Counted from the first letter of the stretch, positions 9,579 through 19,893 are shown. The stretch is 62,018 bases of DNA from Conexivisphaerales archaeon (GCA_049509455.1 JBEKZX010000005.1:1-62018), one strand, 5' to 3'. Made by a program: numbers and translations. The notes: a model not told the origin generated them from the letters alone.

Positions 9579-9761
9579 CTACAAGCCCACCAGCGGTCCC
9601 GAGGCGGAGTAGCCCATCCCCTCTATCCACTGCACCGCTTGCTGTGTACCCCCTCCGAGCTCCGTCCTGCCATGCATAACGAGGCTGACTCCTACGACCA
9701 CCCTCAGCAGAAGGGAGGCGTCTCCGGCGTAGGGCAGCGACGACGGGAAGATGGAAGTCAA
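9579..9761 (-). pseudogene. possible N-terminal fragment of a DoxX-family membrane protein
   Basis: LLLRVVVGVSLVMHG is DoxX-like, but the ORF stops after 60 aa and no continuation is visible in other frames. Confidence 0.25.
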
Positions 9762-9767
9762 CTCCCT

Positions 9768-10730
9768 CTACCTCCTCCTCCGGGCCGTCTGCACGGGCGC
9801 CTCCACGAGCCTCGCCGAGACTTCATATCTCCTTCCAAAGCGGAGGACGGCAAGCCTAGCGCCCCCTCCTACGCTGGCCTTCGATAGGGCCACTAGGAGA
9901 TCCTTCATCCTCTTGATCTCCATGTCTCCTGCTTCCACTATCACGTCGCCCCTCCTGAGGCCCGATTCTTCAGCAGGGCTTCCGCGTGAAACCTCCGCTA
10001 CCAGTACGCCCGACTCCGTCGGCAGGCTATACCTTCTGGCCACGGCGGGGTTGACGTCCAGCCCTGAGACACCCAGCCAAGGTCTCACGACCCTGCCGTT
10101 GCGGAGTATCTGATCGACGACCATCTTGACGGTCTGAGCCGGGATTGCGAACCCTAGGCCCTGGGCGAAAGGCATCATAGCCGTGTTGATTCCCATCACT
10201 TCGCCGGCGATATTGGCCAGAGGCCCACCACTGTTCCCAGGGTTGATGGCGGCGTCGGTCTGAATGAGACCTTCCAGGACGAAGTCGGTGCCAGGGAGAG
10301 GCCTCCCCAACGCGCTGACGACTCCCAGCGACACCGTCGGCGCCCCCGGCAGCCCGAAGGCATTGCCTATGGCCAGGGCGAACTGGCCCACCTTGATTCT
10401 TTCCGAGTCGGCCAGCTTGGAGGCGGGGAGATCCTTGGCATCCACCCTGACCAACGCGATGTCAGTGGCGAGGTCCGATCCGACGACTTCACCGACGAAG
10501 GTCCTTCCGTCCTCCAGCGTGACCTGGACCCTGTCGGCTTCGTCAACGACGTGATTATTGGTGACTATATATCCGTTGGAGTCAATGATGACGCCCGAGC
10601 CCTGCCCCTCCAGCGGGACCGTTCCGAACCTCCAGTCCCTAGCCATGCGCACGCTGTCGATGCTTACGACCGAGCGCTGCAGCTGCGCCACTACCTCTGT
10701 TATTTGATCTTCGATTCCTAGCATGTCCAA
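9768..10730 (-). CDS. HtrA/DegP-family serine protease with PDZ domain (no obvious signal peptide)
   Basis: Trypsin-like blocks IVTNNHVV, DIALV and GNSGGPL are present. The C-terminal PDZ carries GSPAEESGLRRGDVIV. Confidence 0.85.
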   Translation of the reverse strand: MDMLGIEDQITEVVAQLQRSVVSIDSVRMARDWRFGTVPLEGQGSGVIIDSNGYIVTNNHVVDEADRVQVTLEDGRTFVGEVVGSDLATDIALVRVDAKDLPASKLADSERIKVGQFALAIGNAFGLPGAPTVSLGVVSALGRPLPGTDFVLEGLIQTDAAINPGNSGGPLANIAGEVMGINTAMMPFAQGLGFAIPAQTVKMVVDQILRNGRVVRPWLGVSGLDVNPAVARRYSLPTESGVLVAEVSRGSPAEESGLRRGDVIVEAGDMEIKRMKDLLVALSKASVGGGARLAVLRFGRRYEVSARLVEAPVQTARRRR

Positions 10731-10743
10731 TCTGATCTCCCCC

Positions 10744-11103
10744 CTAGAGACCCCAGCTCCGTTTGGTGAACGGAACGACCTTTACGTAAGGCCTCCCGTC
10801 GGCATATGCCACTTCGGCCATCCCTCGGATCTCCAGGCCCCTGGCGCGCCATGGGCTGACGGATGGGAGGTCGTCGAACACCATGGCGACCCTTCCGTTC
10901 TGCCGGATGTTCCTGAACTTGAGGCTCTTCTCCAGGTTCCAGCCGCTGAAGTAGAACGAAGTTCCGTCGAACTCGTAGACCACCGGGACCACGTGAGGTT
11001 CCATGTCATCGGAGACGGTCGCCACCCTGGCCAGGCCGTTCTCAGTCAGGAACTCCGTCTCCGCTTCGCTGAAGGAAACACGTCTGATATCTTGAGTTTC
11101 CAA
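10744..11103 (-). CDS. pyridoxamine 5'-phosphate oxidase (PPOX) family / F420-type split-barrel protein
   Basis: ARVATVSDDMEPHVVPVVYEFDG..FYFSG...KSLKFRNIRQNGRVA is present. The long ORF to 11406 overlaps the divergent regulator, so I place the start at TTG 11103. Confidence 0.6.
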   Translation of the reverse strand: METQDIRRVSFSEAETEFLTENGLARVATVSDDMEPHVVPVVYEFDGTSFYFSGWNLEKSLKFRNIRQNGRVAMVFDDLPSVSPWRARGLEIRGMAEVAYADGRPYVKVVPFTKRSWGL

Positions 11104-11185
11104 TTTTGCTCTGCGCCGAGTAGAAGCGGTTATCTTTATATACTTGGTAGTAAATCCATACTTAGTAGGTATAGTAAAGTTGACT

Positions 11186-11557
11186 ATGTCAGCACAGCTT
11201 GACCGGGAAGTAGCCGAGAAATGCGAAGCCAACAAGGCCATCCATGCCGCTTGGAACGAGCTCACGAAGGCCTGGAGCCTTCCCGTAATCCATGCGCTAG
11301 GGATAAGGGAGCCGGCCAGGTTCAACGAGCTGAAGAGGCGCATCGACGGCATCAGCTCCACCAGCCTGGCGGACCGGCTCACCGAGCTCGAACGTCTCCA
11401 GATCATACGGAGGAAGGTCTACCCCGCGGCGCCTCCCAAGGTGGAGTACTCTCTCACTGACAAGGGCAAGGACCTCCTTACGGTGCTCGGACAGTTCGCC
11501 GATTGGGTGAACCGGTGGACCGAGGGAGAGAGGCCGACCGTGAAGCTCGAAAAATAG
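11186..11557 (+). CDS. HxlR-family winged-helix transcriptional regulator
   Basis: The C..A...L..KW...I...L....RFNEL.R.I.GIS...L..RL.ELE...I..R......PPKVEYSLT..G..L pattern is present. It is divergent from the PPOX gene. Start taken at ATG 11186. Confidence 0.8.
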   Translation: MSAQLDREVAEKCEANKAIHAAWNELTKAWSLPVIHALGIREPARFNELKRRIDGISSTSLADRLTELERLQIIRRKVYPAAPPKVEYSLTDKGKDLLTVLGQFADWVNRWTEGERPTVKLEK

Positions 11558-11609
11558 CGGCTCCGCCCGAATGGGAACCGTTATTATTAGTTCAAAACGA
11601 ACCTAGAAC

Positions 11610-12281
11610 GTGAGCAGCTCTTCAGGCGGCCTCTTGTCCTCTCTTTCGAATGCGACGTTCAACTTCGTCCTGAACCTAATCGATAAGTCCGGCCTGCTGG
11701 GCATCTTCGGCCTGATGGTCATGGAGAGCGCGACTCTACCCATCCCCAGCGAAACCGTCCTCCCTCTGGCGGGCTACCTTGTATACCTGGGAAAGGCCGA
11801 TTTCTGGACCGTCGTAGTCGTCGCCAGCGCCGGCAGCATAGTCGGCACCATGATCGACTACAGCATCGGCTCCTATCTAGGCAGGGCCGCGTTGCTCAGG
11901 TATGGCCGGCTCATCAGATTGAACGAAGGACATCTGGAGCTGGCCGAAAGATGGTTCGGTAGGTACGGGAGCTCCGCCGTCCTCGCGGCGAGGTTCGTTC
12001 CGGTGGTGAGGACCCTCATCGCCTTCCCTGCGGGCCTCGCGAAGATGAAGCTCGGCAGGTTCCTCGCCTTCTCCGCTGTAGGCGTGTTCGCGTGGGACAC
12101 CATGTTGGTCTATCTGGGAGTGATGGCTGGGCGGAACGGCGAAGCCATAATCGGCTACCTCCATTCCCTCTTCCTGCCTCTGGGATTGGCGGCGATAGCA
12201 ACGATAGTGATTTTCGTGTACGTCCGATGGAGAAGACGACTTAAGGCGTCGGCCTCCCCTGACAGTAGAGTCAACCGCTAA
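11610..12281 (+). CDS. DedA-family (VTT domain) membrane protein
   Basis: ESATLPIPSETVLPLAGYLV, RFVPVVRTLIAFPAG and multiple TM segments are present. Confidence 0.8.
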   Translation: MSSSSGGLLSSLSNATFNFVLNLIDKSGLLGIFGLMVMESATLPIPSETVLPLAGYLVYLGKADFWTVVVVASAGSIVGTMIDYSIGSYLGRAALLRYGRLIRLNEGHLELAERWFGRYGSSAVLAARFVPVVRTLIAFPAGLAKMKLGRFLAFSAVGVFAWDTMLVYLGVMAGRNGEAIIGYLHSLFLPLGLAAIATIVIFVYVRWRRRLKASASPDSRVNR

Positions 12282-12320
12282 GGTGCCATTCAAGTTGCAC
12301 TGGGCGCTCGTCGGGCTGCC

Positions 12321-13595
12321 CTATATGTGTGAGATTTCATGAGGAAGGAAGCCTGGCGCCGTCCTGGCTGCCCCCAGGCTTGAGTTCCCACCGCAACCGT
12401 GTATGTAGACTGAGCGAAGATATGACGTGGGCCCGCCATCATGCTCGACCAGCATGCTCAAGTGGGCGGGCGGATGCTGCGAAGCGTAGCTGAAGGCAAG
12501 GGGGGCCTTGGGCAGAAAGACCTGCAGCATCTGCGCCTGCACGTCGACTAGGTAGATGCTGGCCACTACGCCGCCCACGAGGATGAGCGACGAGACCACT
12601 AGGGCGGCGGCGAGCCTGCGCCTGGGCAGGATTCTTCTTGCCCTGAGGTCCAACACGTTCCAAGCCCTCACTTCTATGGTGGGATGGCTGGACAGTGCCT
12701 CCGACCTGTGCTCGAAGGAGGAGGCGACGAACGTAGCTACGGCAAGCCTCATAAGGCGGCCGTCAGGCGGGAAGGCTCTCAGTGCGTTTCCCACTTTCAC
12801 CAGTGCCGACACCAGAGCCTCCGGTCTCCCGATGACGCCCGCTCCGCGTTCATCAGCGAGCATCTCCCTCTCCTTCTGCGCGGCCGAAGCCGACAGATAG
12901 GCCAGAGGATTGAAGAATGATATGGCCACCAACGCGCTCGTAAAGGCCTTGAAGGTCAGGTCTCCATCCTTGATGTGAGAAAGCTCATGTGAGATGACCG
13001 CCTCCATCTCGTCTCCGTCAAGGACCTTCAGGATACCGAGGGAGAAGACGATGGTCGCATCCCCACCCCTTCCGATGGAGAAAGCGTTGGGCCTCAGGTC
13101 CTCGACCAGCCCTACCTTGGGCATCCTGATGCCCAGCTTGGCCGACGTCAGGCGGACCCTCTCCTGCAGCTCCGTATAGTCCTCCCCCTCCATGAGGACG
13201 ACGCCGAAGATCTTCCTTGCGACCCATCCCCCGAATAGCATCATGGAAAGGAAGACGACAGCTCCACCGGCTAAGGCCGCCAAGCCGATGAGGGCCGTGA
13301 ACATCAGGGGGCTCATGTCAAGGAACCCCGGCGCTGGCTGCACGTAGGTGAAGTATGCCGCCGGCGTCTGCACAAAGGCATCAGACCGCACGGCCACCTG
13401 CGCCGTTGCTAGGTTCTTGACGAAGTCCACGGCATACGATGTCACCACCGCTGCAGCTGGCACGCCCAACGGCACCAGCAGCAGGAAGCTGCGGGCCCTA
13501 TGGCCTAAGAAACTACCCGACCTGAGGAGCAGCTTGGTGCATAGAAACCAGACGGTCAGCAGCACCGCAGCGTAGTAGAAGTAAGGCTGAAACAC
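12321..13595 (-). CDS. BlaR1/M56-M48-like membrane zinc metalloprotease
   Basis: HELSHIKDGD provides the HExxH motif with a downstream E. There are several TM helices. It sits directly downstream of a BlaI-family repressor gene. Confidence 0.7.
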   Translation of the reverse strand: MFQPYFYYAAVLLTVWFLCTKLLLRSGSFLGHRARSFLLLVPLGVPAAAVVTSYAVDFVKNLATAQVAVRSDAFVQTPAAYFTYVQPAPGFLDMSPLMFTALIGLAALAGGAVVFLSMMLFGGWVARKIFGVVLMEGEDYTELQERVRLTSAKLGIRMPKVGLVEDLRPNAFSIGRGGDATIVFSLGILKVLDGDEMEAVISHELSHIKDGDLTFKAFTSALVAISFFNPLAYLSASAAQKEREMLADERGAGVIGRPEALVSALVKVGNALRAFPPDGRLMRLAVATFVASSFEHRSEALSSHPTIEVRAWNVLDLRARRILPRRRLAAALVVSSLILVGGVVASIYLVDVQAQMLQVFLPKAPLAFSYASQHPPAHLSMLVEHDGGPTSYLRSVYIHGCGGNSSLGAARTAPGFLPHEISHI

Positions 13596-13637
13596 TTCTT
13601 GGGCAATCGTTGCGAGTATGGAAGTGCTCGTTGAGGA

Positions 13638-14090
13638 TCACTTCTTCTTCTCTGCCGCAACCTTCTCTATCTGCTTCTGGAGCTCCTGAAGGTCCCCCCC
13701 GCTCGCAGACACCTCTTCTACGAGGGCGTTTGTGACCGTGCTCCCAAAATTGCGGAGGAGGCTGCTTACGACTGTCCTAACGGCCGACTCCTCGAAGTGC
13801 TTCTTCTCGAGCTTCGGCCAGTAGACGAAGAAGACTCCTCCCTTCCCCCTCTCGATCCGCCTGTCCAGGAGCCCCTTGTCGTATAGGCGGTCCATGGTGG
13901 ACATGACGGTGGTGTACGCGATTCTGGTCTTCTTCCTGAGTTCTTCATAGACCTTGCGCACGGTCATGGGTCCCCCTTCGAAGCTCCATACAGTCTCGAG
14001 AATCTCCGCTCCCAGCGGGCCAAGGAAGCCCTCGAACTGGTCTCCTTCAAGGTTATAGCGGGAGACCTTGTATTCTCTCTTGCTGCCCAA
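13638..14090 (-). CDS. BlaI/MecI/CopY-family transcriptional repressor
   Basis: Winged helix TVRKVYEELRKKTRIAYTTVMSTMDRLYDKGLLDR followed by a C-terminal coiled-coil tail. Confidence 0.75.
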   Translation of the reverse strand: MGSKREYKVSRYNLEGDQFEGFLGPLGAEILETVWSFEGGPMTVRKVYEELRKKTRIAYTTVMSTMDRLYDKGLLDRRIERGKGGVFFVYWPKLEKKHFEESAVRTVVSSLLRNFGSTVTNALVEEVSASGGDLQELQKQIEKVAAEKKK

Positions 14091-14372
14091 CGCTATTTAC
14101 GCTTCCTACTACGGACTGTAGTAGCTATTTAGTCTTTGCGCTGACTTCGACCCCTCCGCCGTTCGGCTGCCATGTTTTGTCATAACATTTAAGAAGGGTA
14201 TGCTACTATGCGGCATAGTAACATTTGGTGCGAACGAATTGAACAGAATCAAATCTTCAGCTGTCCGTGTCGGCGGCGCCTCGCCTACGGGACGCAGCCC
14301 GGTACTGACCGTAGGTTCGACAAGCGGCAGAGCGCTTCCCTTTGGGGCCTCGGCTCTAGGAGGTAAGCTGAA

Positions 14373-15611
14373 ATGACGATGATGGAGCATCCTGCGCCAA
14401 CGCGCAGGAACTACACGGTCATCATCGTGGCCCTCGTGCTGGCGTTGGGCTTGGTCCTCGGCGGAGGCCTGGGATACGTCTCCTTCTCTGGCCAAGTGAG
14501 TCAGCTGCAGCAGAAGGTGAACACGCTGCAGTCTCAGTTCCAGAACGCAGGGAGCTCCACCAGCGGCACGTCGTCTACCAGCACGAGCGTCGTGATCAGC
14601 GGCAACGTTTCGGTCTCGGATCTCTACGCGGCGGTCAAGAACTCTGTGGTGGTCATCACGGGGATGGTAAGCGAGTCGTCGTTCTTCGGCACGACTTCGA
14701 GCGAAGTGCAGGGCTCCGGGTTCGTCTACAGCGTGGGTAGCAAGGACGTCATGATTACCAATTACCATGTCGTGGACGGCGCCACGGGCATCACGGTGAC
14801 ATTCAGCGACGGTGACTCCTATGCGGCGACCGTTATCGGCACCGACCCGTACTCTGACCTGGCGGTGCTCACCGTCCAGGCGCCATCGTCTGAATTCATC
14901 CCCTTGACAATGGTGTCCTCGACCACCCTGAGCGTCGGTGACCCTGTCATGGCCGTGGGCGCTCCCTACGGGTTAACAGGCTCCGTCACCACAGGGGTCG
15001 TCAGCGCCCTTGGTCGGACCATCGACGAAAGCACAGTGCCGTATGCCATAGCCAACGCCATTCAGACCAGCGCGCCCATCAATCCAGGCAATTCAGGTGG
15101 ACCACTACTGAACTTCGCCGACCAGGTCGTCGGGATAACCACGGCGACCGCCACCGACTCGTCGGGTAACGCCGCCGACGCGATAGGCTTCGCCGTGCCC
15201 TCTTCCACCATCCTTAGGGAGATCAACTCTTTGGTCACCACCGGGACCTACACGCAGCACTCCTACCTCGGCATCTCTGAGGTCGACATGGACTACGCAA
15301 CGGCTCAGGCGATGAACATCAACACGACCTACGGCGTCCTCATCGAAAGCGTGGTCAGCGGCGGTCCCGCCGACAATGCGGGTCTGAAGGCAGGCACGCA
15401 GCAAGCGACCGTCGAAGGAAACACCATAACGCTGGGTGGAGACGTAATCATCGCGATCAACGGCACTCGCATCTTGGGCGGCGACGGCCTCTCCGCATAC
15501 CTCGAAGGCAACACTCTCCCCGGGCAAACCTTGAGCCTGACCATAATCCGCAACGGCCAGACGATGAACGTCTCTGTCACCTTGGGCACAAGACCGGCCC
15601 CGACGGGATAG
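14373..15611 (+). CDS. membrane-anchored HtrA/DegP-family serine protease with PDZ domain
   Basis: N-terminal TM (YTVIIVALVLALGLVLGG) and a Ser/Thr linker. Protease blocks ITNYHVV, DLAVL and GNSGGPLLN are present, and the PDZ carries GGPADNAGLKAG. Confidence 0.85.
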   Translation: MTMMEHPAPTRRNYTVIIVALVLALGLVLGGGLGYVSFSGQVSQLQQKVNTLQSQFQNAGSSTSGTSSTSTSVVISGNVSVSDLYAAVKNSVVVITGMVSESSFFGTTSSEVQGSGFVYSVGSKDVMITNYHVVDGATGITVTFSDGDSYAATVIGTDPYSDLAVLTVQAPSSEFIPLTMVSSTTLSVGDPVMAVGAPYGLTGSVTTGVVSALGRTIDESTVPYAIANAIQTSAPINPGNSGGPLLNFADQVVGITTATATDSSGNAADAIGFAVPSSTILREINSLVTTGTYTQHSYLGISEVDMDYATAQAMNINTTYGVLIESVVSGGPADNAGLKAGTQQATVEGNTITLGGDVIIAINGTRILGGDGLSAYLEGNTLPGQTLSLTIIRNGQTMNVSVTLGTRPAPTG

Positions 15612-15621
15612 AAATCACGGC

Positions 15622-15680
15622 GTTCTTCTTTTTTTCTCTTCCGGGCCTCCTCAGTTCTGGGGGGGAGGCCTTCCTTTTTC
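15622..15680. terminator. hairpin flanked by T-tracts between convergent genes
   Basis: A T-rich run at 15624-15640 precedes the GGCCTCC (15644-15650) / GGAGGCC (15664-15670) stem, which is followed by TTCCTTTTT. This fits archaeal oligo-T termination in both directions. Confidence 0.45.
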
Positions 15681-15737
15681 TAAAGTCATGCACAGCCTGA
15701 GCTGGCTATCGCCCGCTGCCAGGATGAATCCACTTCC

Positions 15738-16394
15738 CTATCGGAGGTCCTTCTCGACTTCCTTCGAAGGCTGGATCTCGGCATCGTACCAATACTTCTC
15801 GTAATTGAGGGCCCTCTCATGTCCCATGCCTAGGGTGCCGTCGGGATCATCGAAGGCGGTAGTGCAGTCGCTCACCATCACGGGCACGTATCCCCTAAAC
15901 CACGCGTCGGCGGCCGTATGCTTGTCGCAGCAGTTCGTATGAAGTCCGGTGACGTAGAGCTTGTCACCAGGCTTGAACTTGAGCTTCCTGAGAACGGAAT
16001 CCATCGCCGTGGGCTTGCCACCATCGTCGGTGAAGCCGCTGTAGGAACCCTTCTCGATTTCGAAGAGGAGCTGCCCCTTCTTGATGCCCTCGACGTCCCT
16101 CCCCTTCCAGTCCCTCTCCAGGACATAGATGCCCTTCGTGTCGAGCCCGTCCACGATCTTCGAGCCCTTGGTTCCCTTCATGGAATGCGGCCCCCACTTC
16201 CTCAGCTCGAAGTCTGTCTTCAGATGGCGGTCGGTCGTGTAGATGACAGGGTACCCGGCATCAAGGAACGCCTTCTGGAGCTTCCTAATCCTGGGAATCA
16301 GCGCCAACCCACTTTGCAGGGCCAAGCCGGGATTGTAGCTCTTGAGCAGGAAGTCGTTCGTCATGTCAACGACCAGCAACGCTCTTCTTGTCAC
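15738..16394 (-). CDS. isochorismatase-family cysteine hydrolase (nicotinamidase-like)
   Basis: ALLVVDMTNDF holds the catalytic Asp, and YVTGLHTNCCDKHTA the catalytic Cys region. Confidence 0.75.
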   Translation of the reverse strand: MTRRALLVVDMTNDFLLKSYNPGLALQSGLALIPRIRKLQKAFLDAGYPVIYTTDRHLKTDFELRKWGPHSMKGTKGSKIVDGLDTKGIYVLERDWKGRDVEGIKKGQLLFEIEKGSYSGFTDDGGKPTAMDSVLRKLKFKPGDKLYVTGLHTNCCDKHTAADAWFRGYVPVMVSDCTTAFDDPDGTLGMGHERALNYEKYWYDAEIQPSKEVEKDLR

Positions 16395-16595
16395 GAGTAT
16401 CGCTCATTCTCGGGTGCTTAAATCCTATTCCCACAAAAGGTGTCATCGGAGGCGGCGGCCCAACGGGATCCGAGCTCCAAATCTAGTGTTGATATATCCC
16501 GTAACGGAAACATTAACAAACGCATTATCAAGAAAACAAGTGATGGACGGCCCAATATCGAGAGGGATAGGAGACTTCCCTTCGATCTGTCAGCC

Positions 16596-16799
16596 TTAGT
16601 TCATCACGGCGACCATGCGCTCTTCTCTTTCCATGGCCTCGACGTATCCAGTTGCATCAGTAAGGGAACCTATCCTGATGGGCTCCGTCGGTGAGTCCGC
16701 CCGCAGATCCTCCAACCACACCAAGCCGGACGGATCTTGGAACATACGAAGTCTACAGTATGACAAGGCTTCGAGTCGCCTGTTGAGTTCCTGCAACAT
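16596..16799 (-). CDS. hypothetical protein
   Basis: A 67-aa ORF in an otherwise gene-poor 700-bp stretch, with no motif. Confidence 0.2.
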   Translation of the reverse strand: MLQELNRRLEALSYCRLRMFQDPSGLVWLEDLRADSPTEPIRIGSLTDATGYVEAMEREERMVAVMN

Positions 16800-17116
16800 G
16801 CGACAATGTCTTCTCTTTCAGCGTCCAATAAGCGTCGTCAATATGCCAAAGAGATTTCGACAGATGACGAGCACCAATTCAGTCTGTTGCCAGGAGCATA
16901 GGGTGACTATGACTTTACGACGAGGCACCTCAGGAGGTCCCCCAGTTCCCTCTGGTACTCCAATCGTTGGGCTTCGGCCCGCCGCTCGCCATGGCCAGGG
17001 GCTTCTACGCGATGGGCATCGCCGCCTACTGCTACTTCTTCAGGAACTCCTCAATGGTCAGCTACGTACATCCGAAGGGAAACCTAGGAGGCACACAGCT
17101 TCAGCCAAGCCCGCCC

Positions 17117-17362
17117 CTACTCAGACTTGCCCGCTAGGAAGGAACAGTAGTTGTAGTTTATCGGACCGGTCTTCGTCAATTCGCAAGGGAAGTAGGCGCA
17201 TTCAAAGCACAGCCTGACACCTCTGTTGAAGGCGCAGGTAGAGATCTGGCAGAACGGGTTCTGTTTCGGCACGCAGCCTTGCTCGCCGTTGGGGCAGGCG
17301 CCTTTGACCATCTTGGGGCACACTTCGCATGCAATGCCACAGACGCCGACCTTCATTGCCAT
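17117..17362 (-). CDS. DUF3795-like cysteine-rich small protein
   Basis: CGIACEVCP...CP.....C......C....C......C..C..FPC pattern, 81 aa. Confidence 0.6.
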   Translation of the reverse strand: MAMKVGVCGIACEVCPKMVKGACPNGEQGCVPKQNPFCQISTCAFNRGVRLCFECAYFPCELTKTGPINYNYCSFLAGKSE

Positions 17363-17658
17363 ATCGACATCGAAGAACGACTTCGCACTATAATTGGTTT
17401 GTGCCTTCGGGTCGGCCGCGGCTCGGCTGGTTTTATCTTCTCGCCTCCGACCTCCCTAATCGAAAGTCCCACCGAAGGACAACACTTTGGCATTGCGGAG
17501 CTGGAGATTGGCCATGAAGGCCACGCTATATCCCCCCTGAAGCCTATAGTGAAGAAGCTTGCCGAGGGATGGATCCTAGCTTTGCTGCGTCCCGTCCGCC
17601 TGTCTCGGGAGACGACTGGACAGGAATCGTTTTGAGCATGAATCCTCTGGCCTAGGGT

Positions 17659-18357
17659 ATGGAGAGAGCGCCAAGGTGGACGCCGGAGAAAGCCGCGGCC
17701 ATCATCGATCATACCCTCCTCAAGCCCAACTCCACCGAGGAGGACATCGTTTCGTTGTGTCAAGAGGCCATCCGCTACCGCTTTTGCTCTGTCTGCGTCA
17801 ATCCTCACCATGTGACCCTCGCCTGGGAGAAGGTCAAGGCCTCTTCCGTGAAGGTCTGTTCGGTGGTCTCCTTCCCATTCGGCCTCTCGAAGACCGAGAC
17901 AAAGGTAAAGGAAGCCCAAGGCGCCATCAAGGACGGTGCTCAGGAGATCGACATGGTCTTGAACATCAGCGCTGAGAAGTCGCACAATTTCGATTTCGTC
18001 TTCGAGGATGCCAAGGCTGTGGTCGACGCCGCAAAGAAGATGGATGCCCTTGTGATCGTCAAGGCGATTATCGAAACCTGCTACCTGACTGACGAGGAGA
18101 AGGAGTCCGCATGTCGTGCGTCCGCGAAGGCGGGAGTCGATTTCGTGAAGACCTCCACCGGGTACGGCACGGCGGGCGCGACGATTCACGATGTAGTCCT
18201 GATGCGCCGAGTCGTCGGGCCGAGCCTGGGGGTCAAGGCCTCGGGAGGCATCAAAGACGCCCTAACCTTCTCTGACCTGACATGGGCGGGCGCGAACAGG
18301 ATAGGAACCAGCCACGGCGTGGAAATCATCAAAGAGCTTGCTGCCCTCCGTCCGTAA
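17659..18357 (+). CDS. deoC: deoxyribose-phosphate aldolase
   Basis: IDHTLLKP, VCVNP, the Schiff-base region FVKTSTGY and LGVKASGGI are all present. Confidence 0.9.
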   Translation: MERAPRWTPEKAAAIIDHTLLKPNSTEEDIVSLCQEAIRYRFCSVCVNPHHVTLAWEKVKASSVKVCSVVSFPFGLSKTETKVKEAQGAIKDGAQEIDMVLNISAEKSHNFDFVFEDAKAVVDAAKKMDALVIVKAIIETCYLTDEEKESACRASAKAGVDFVKTSTGYGTAGATIHDVVLMRRVVGPSLGVKASGGIKDALTFSDLTWAGANRIGTSHGVEIIKELAALRP

Positions 18358-18592
18358 CCATGCCGGCTCCTGTGCTTCACTCCCACAGAACCGGAATCAA
18401 CTTTCGCGCGGGAACCGTCGCCAGGAGGGCTTGCCGCTACCGAACGTCCTGCGTGTAAATGGACATCGCGTCTCCAACTGCCTGGTCTTTGATTGGGCGA
18501 TCATCGGCTGTGGGCAATCCTGGGGCACCTAAGGACCGAGCTGCTAATGTGGGGTCAAGTTTCTTAGTAGGGACGGAGCAGCTCATGGAGTA

Positions 18593-19156
18593 ATGGAACG
18601 CGTCGTAGGTGACACTGCGATACGGCTCGTCCTTGGGGACATCACTTTCCAGGACTGTGACGCTATCGTAAATGCGGCTAATTCGAGCCTTCTAGGCGGA
18701 GGGGGCGTCGACGGGGCTATCCACCGAAATGGCGGTCCCAAGATACTGGAAGAATGCAAGAAGATCAGGGCAACCAAATACCCGGGCGGCCTTCCCACAG
18801 GGGAAGCCGTGGTCACCTCAGGCGGAGACCTGAAGGCCCAATTCGTTATCCACACTGTGGGCCCGATCTGGAGCGGTGGCGGCAATGGCGAAGGCGAACT
18901 CCTGTCCAAGGCATATCGCAACTCTCTTGATGCAGCGGCTTCCCTCGGCGTACACTCCATCGCCTTCCCTTCTATATCCACGGGCGCCTTTGGTTACCCC
19001 GTTGAAAAGGCTAGTCGCATCGCCCTGGACGCCACCGTGGACTTCCTTCTGAAGGGAAAGAGGTCCCTGAGGGAGGTAAGGTTCGTTCTCTTCTCCGAGG
19101 ATGATCTCCGAACCTACGAGCTAGCCCTGAGTCGGATCGAGATGCCGATCATGTAG
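18593..19156 (+). CDS. macro-domain protein (O-acetyl-ADP-ribose deacetylase / ADP-ribose binding)
   Basis: GDITFQDCDAIVNAANSSLLGGGGVDGAIHRNGG and IAFPSISTGAFGYP are present. Confidence 0.9.
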   Translation: MERVVGDTAIRLVLGDITFQDCDAIVNAANSSLLGGGGVDGAIHRNGGPKILEECKKIRATKYPGGLPTGEAVVTSGGDLKAQFVIHTVGPIWSGGGNGEGELLSKAYRNSLDAAASLGVHSIAFPSISTGAFGYPVEKASRIALDATVDFLLKGKRSLREVRFVLFSEDDLRTYELALSRIEMPIM

Positions 19157-19320
19157 GAGCTTGACCAAACATTGCACGGACTTTGTGGGGAGCCCCCGCA
19201 CCAGCTAGTTGGTTTGACGAAGCCGTGAGGGCGAGATTGGTCGACGGTGGTTTCGTTCCCCTTACTGGCCCCAAGATGGTCTACGGGCCGCGACAGCCTG
19301 GGCCCAACAGCTAGGGCGTC

Positions 19321-19893
19321 CTACCAGAGGACGTCTTCGCTAGAAGCGCTACGTTGAGGTGGGACCACCGTAGTGTACTGCTGCATATAGTAGACCAGAG
19401 GCGCCTTGTGGTTCAGCCTCTTGGCCTTGAGCACTTCTCCCAAGAGCAATATGTGGTCGCCGTCGTCATACTCCCTCCACTTCCGGCATTGCAAGAACCC
19501 GACCACGCCTTCTATGACAGGGAAGGCGTCTCCGTCGGAGTGGTGGGGCAGGCCTTTGAAGCGGTCCACGAGCGGCGTCCTGCCGGCGAACCGGTCGGAG
19601 ATAGACTTCTGATTGTCGGCTAGGAAGTTCACCGCAAAACCGGTCGCGGACGCAAACGCGTCCGAGAAGTAGTTGTTCTTCATCAAGGACACCAGAACGA
19701 TGGGTGGGACTAGCGATACCGTCGTGAATGAGCTTACGGTGATGCCCCAAAGTCTGCCGTTCGCCTTAGTGGTGACTACCGTCACTCCCTGGGGGAAGCC
19801 CCTCATCACTTCCTTCAGGGATTCCTGCACGCCCTGGGCACTTCCTTCGGTGGTCAAACCCAATCCCTCCGTCTCTGAACTTGTGCGGTGCAA
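19321..19893 (-). CDS. flavin reductase-like FMN-binding domain protein
   Basis: GVTVVTT...G...GITVSSFTTVSLVPPIVLVSL and DHILLLGEV are present. Confidence 0.8.
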   Translation of the reverse strand: MHRTSSETEGLGLTTEGSAQGVQESLKEVMRGFPQGVTVVTTKANGRLWGITVSSFTTVSLVPPIVLVSLMKNNYFSDAFASATGFAVNFLADNQKSISDRFAGRTPLVDRFKGLPHHSDGDAFPVIEGVVGFLQCRKWREYDDGDHILLLGEVLKAKRLNHKAPLVYYMQQYTTVVPPQRSASSEDVLW

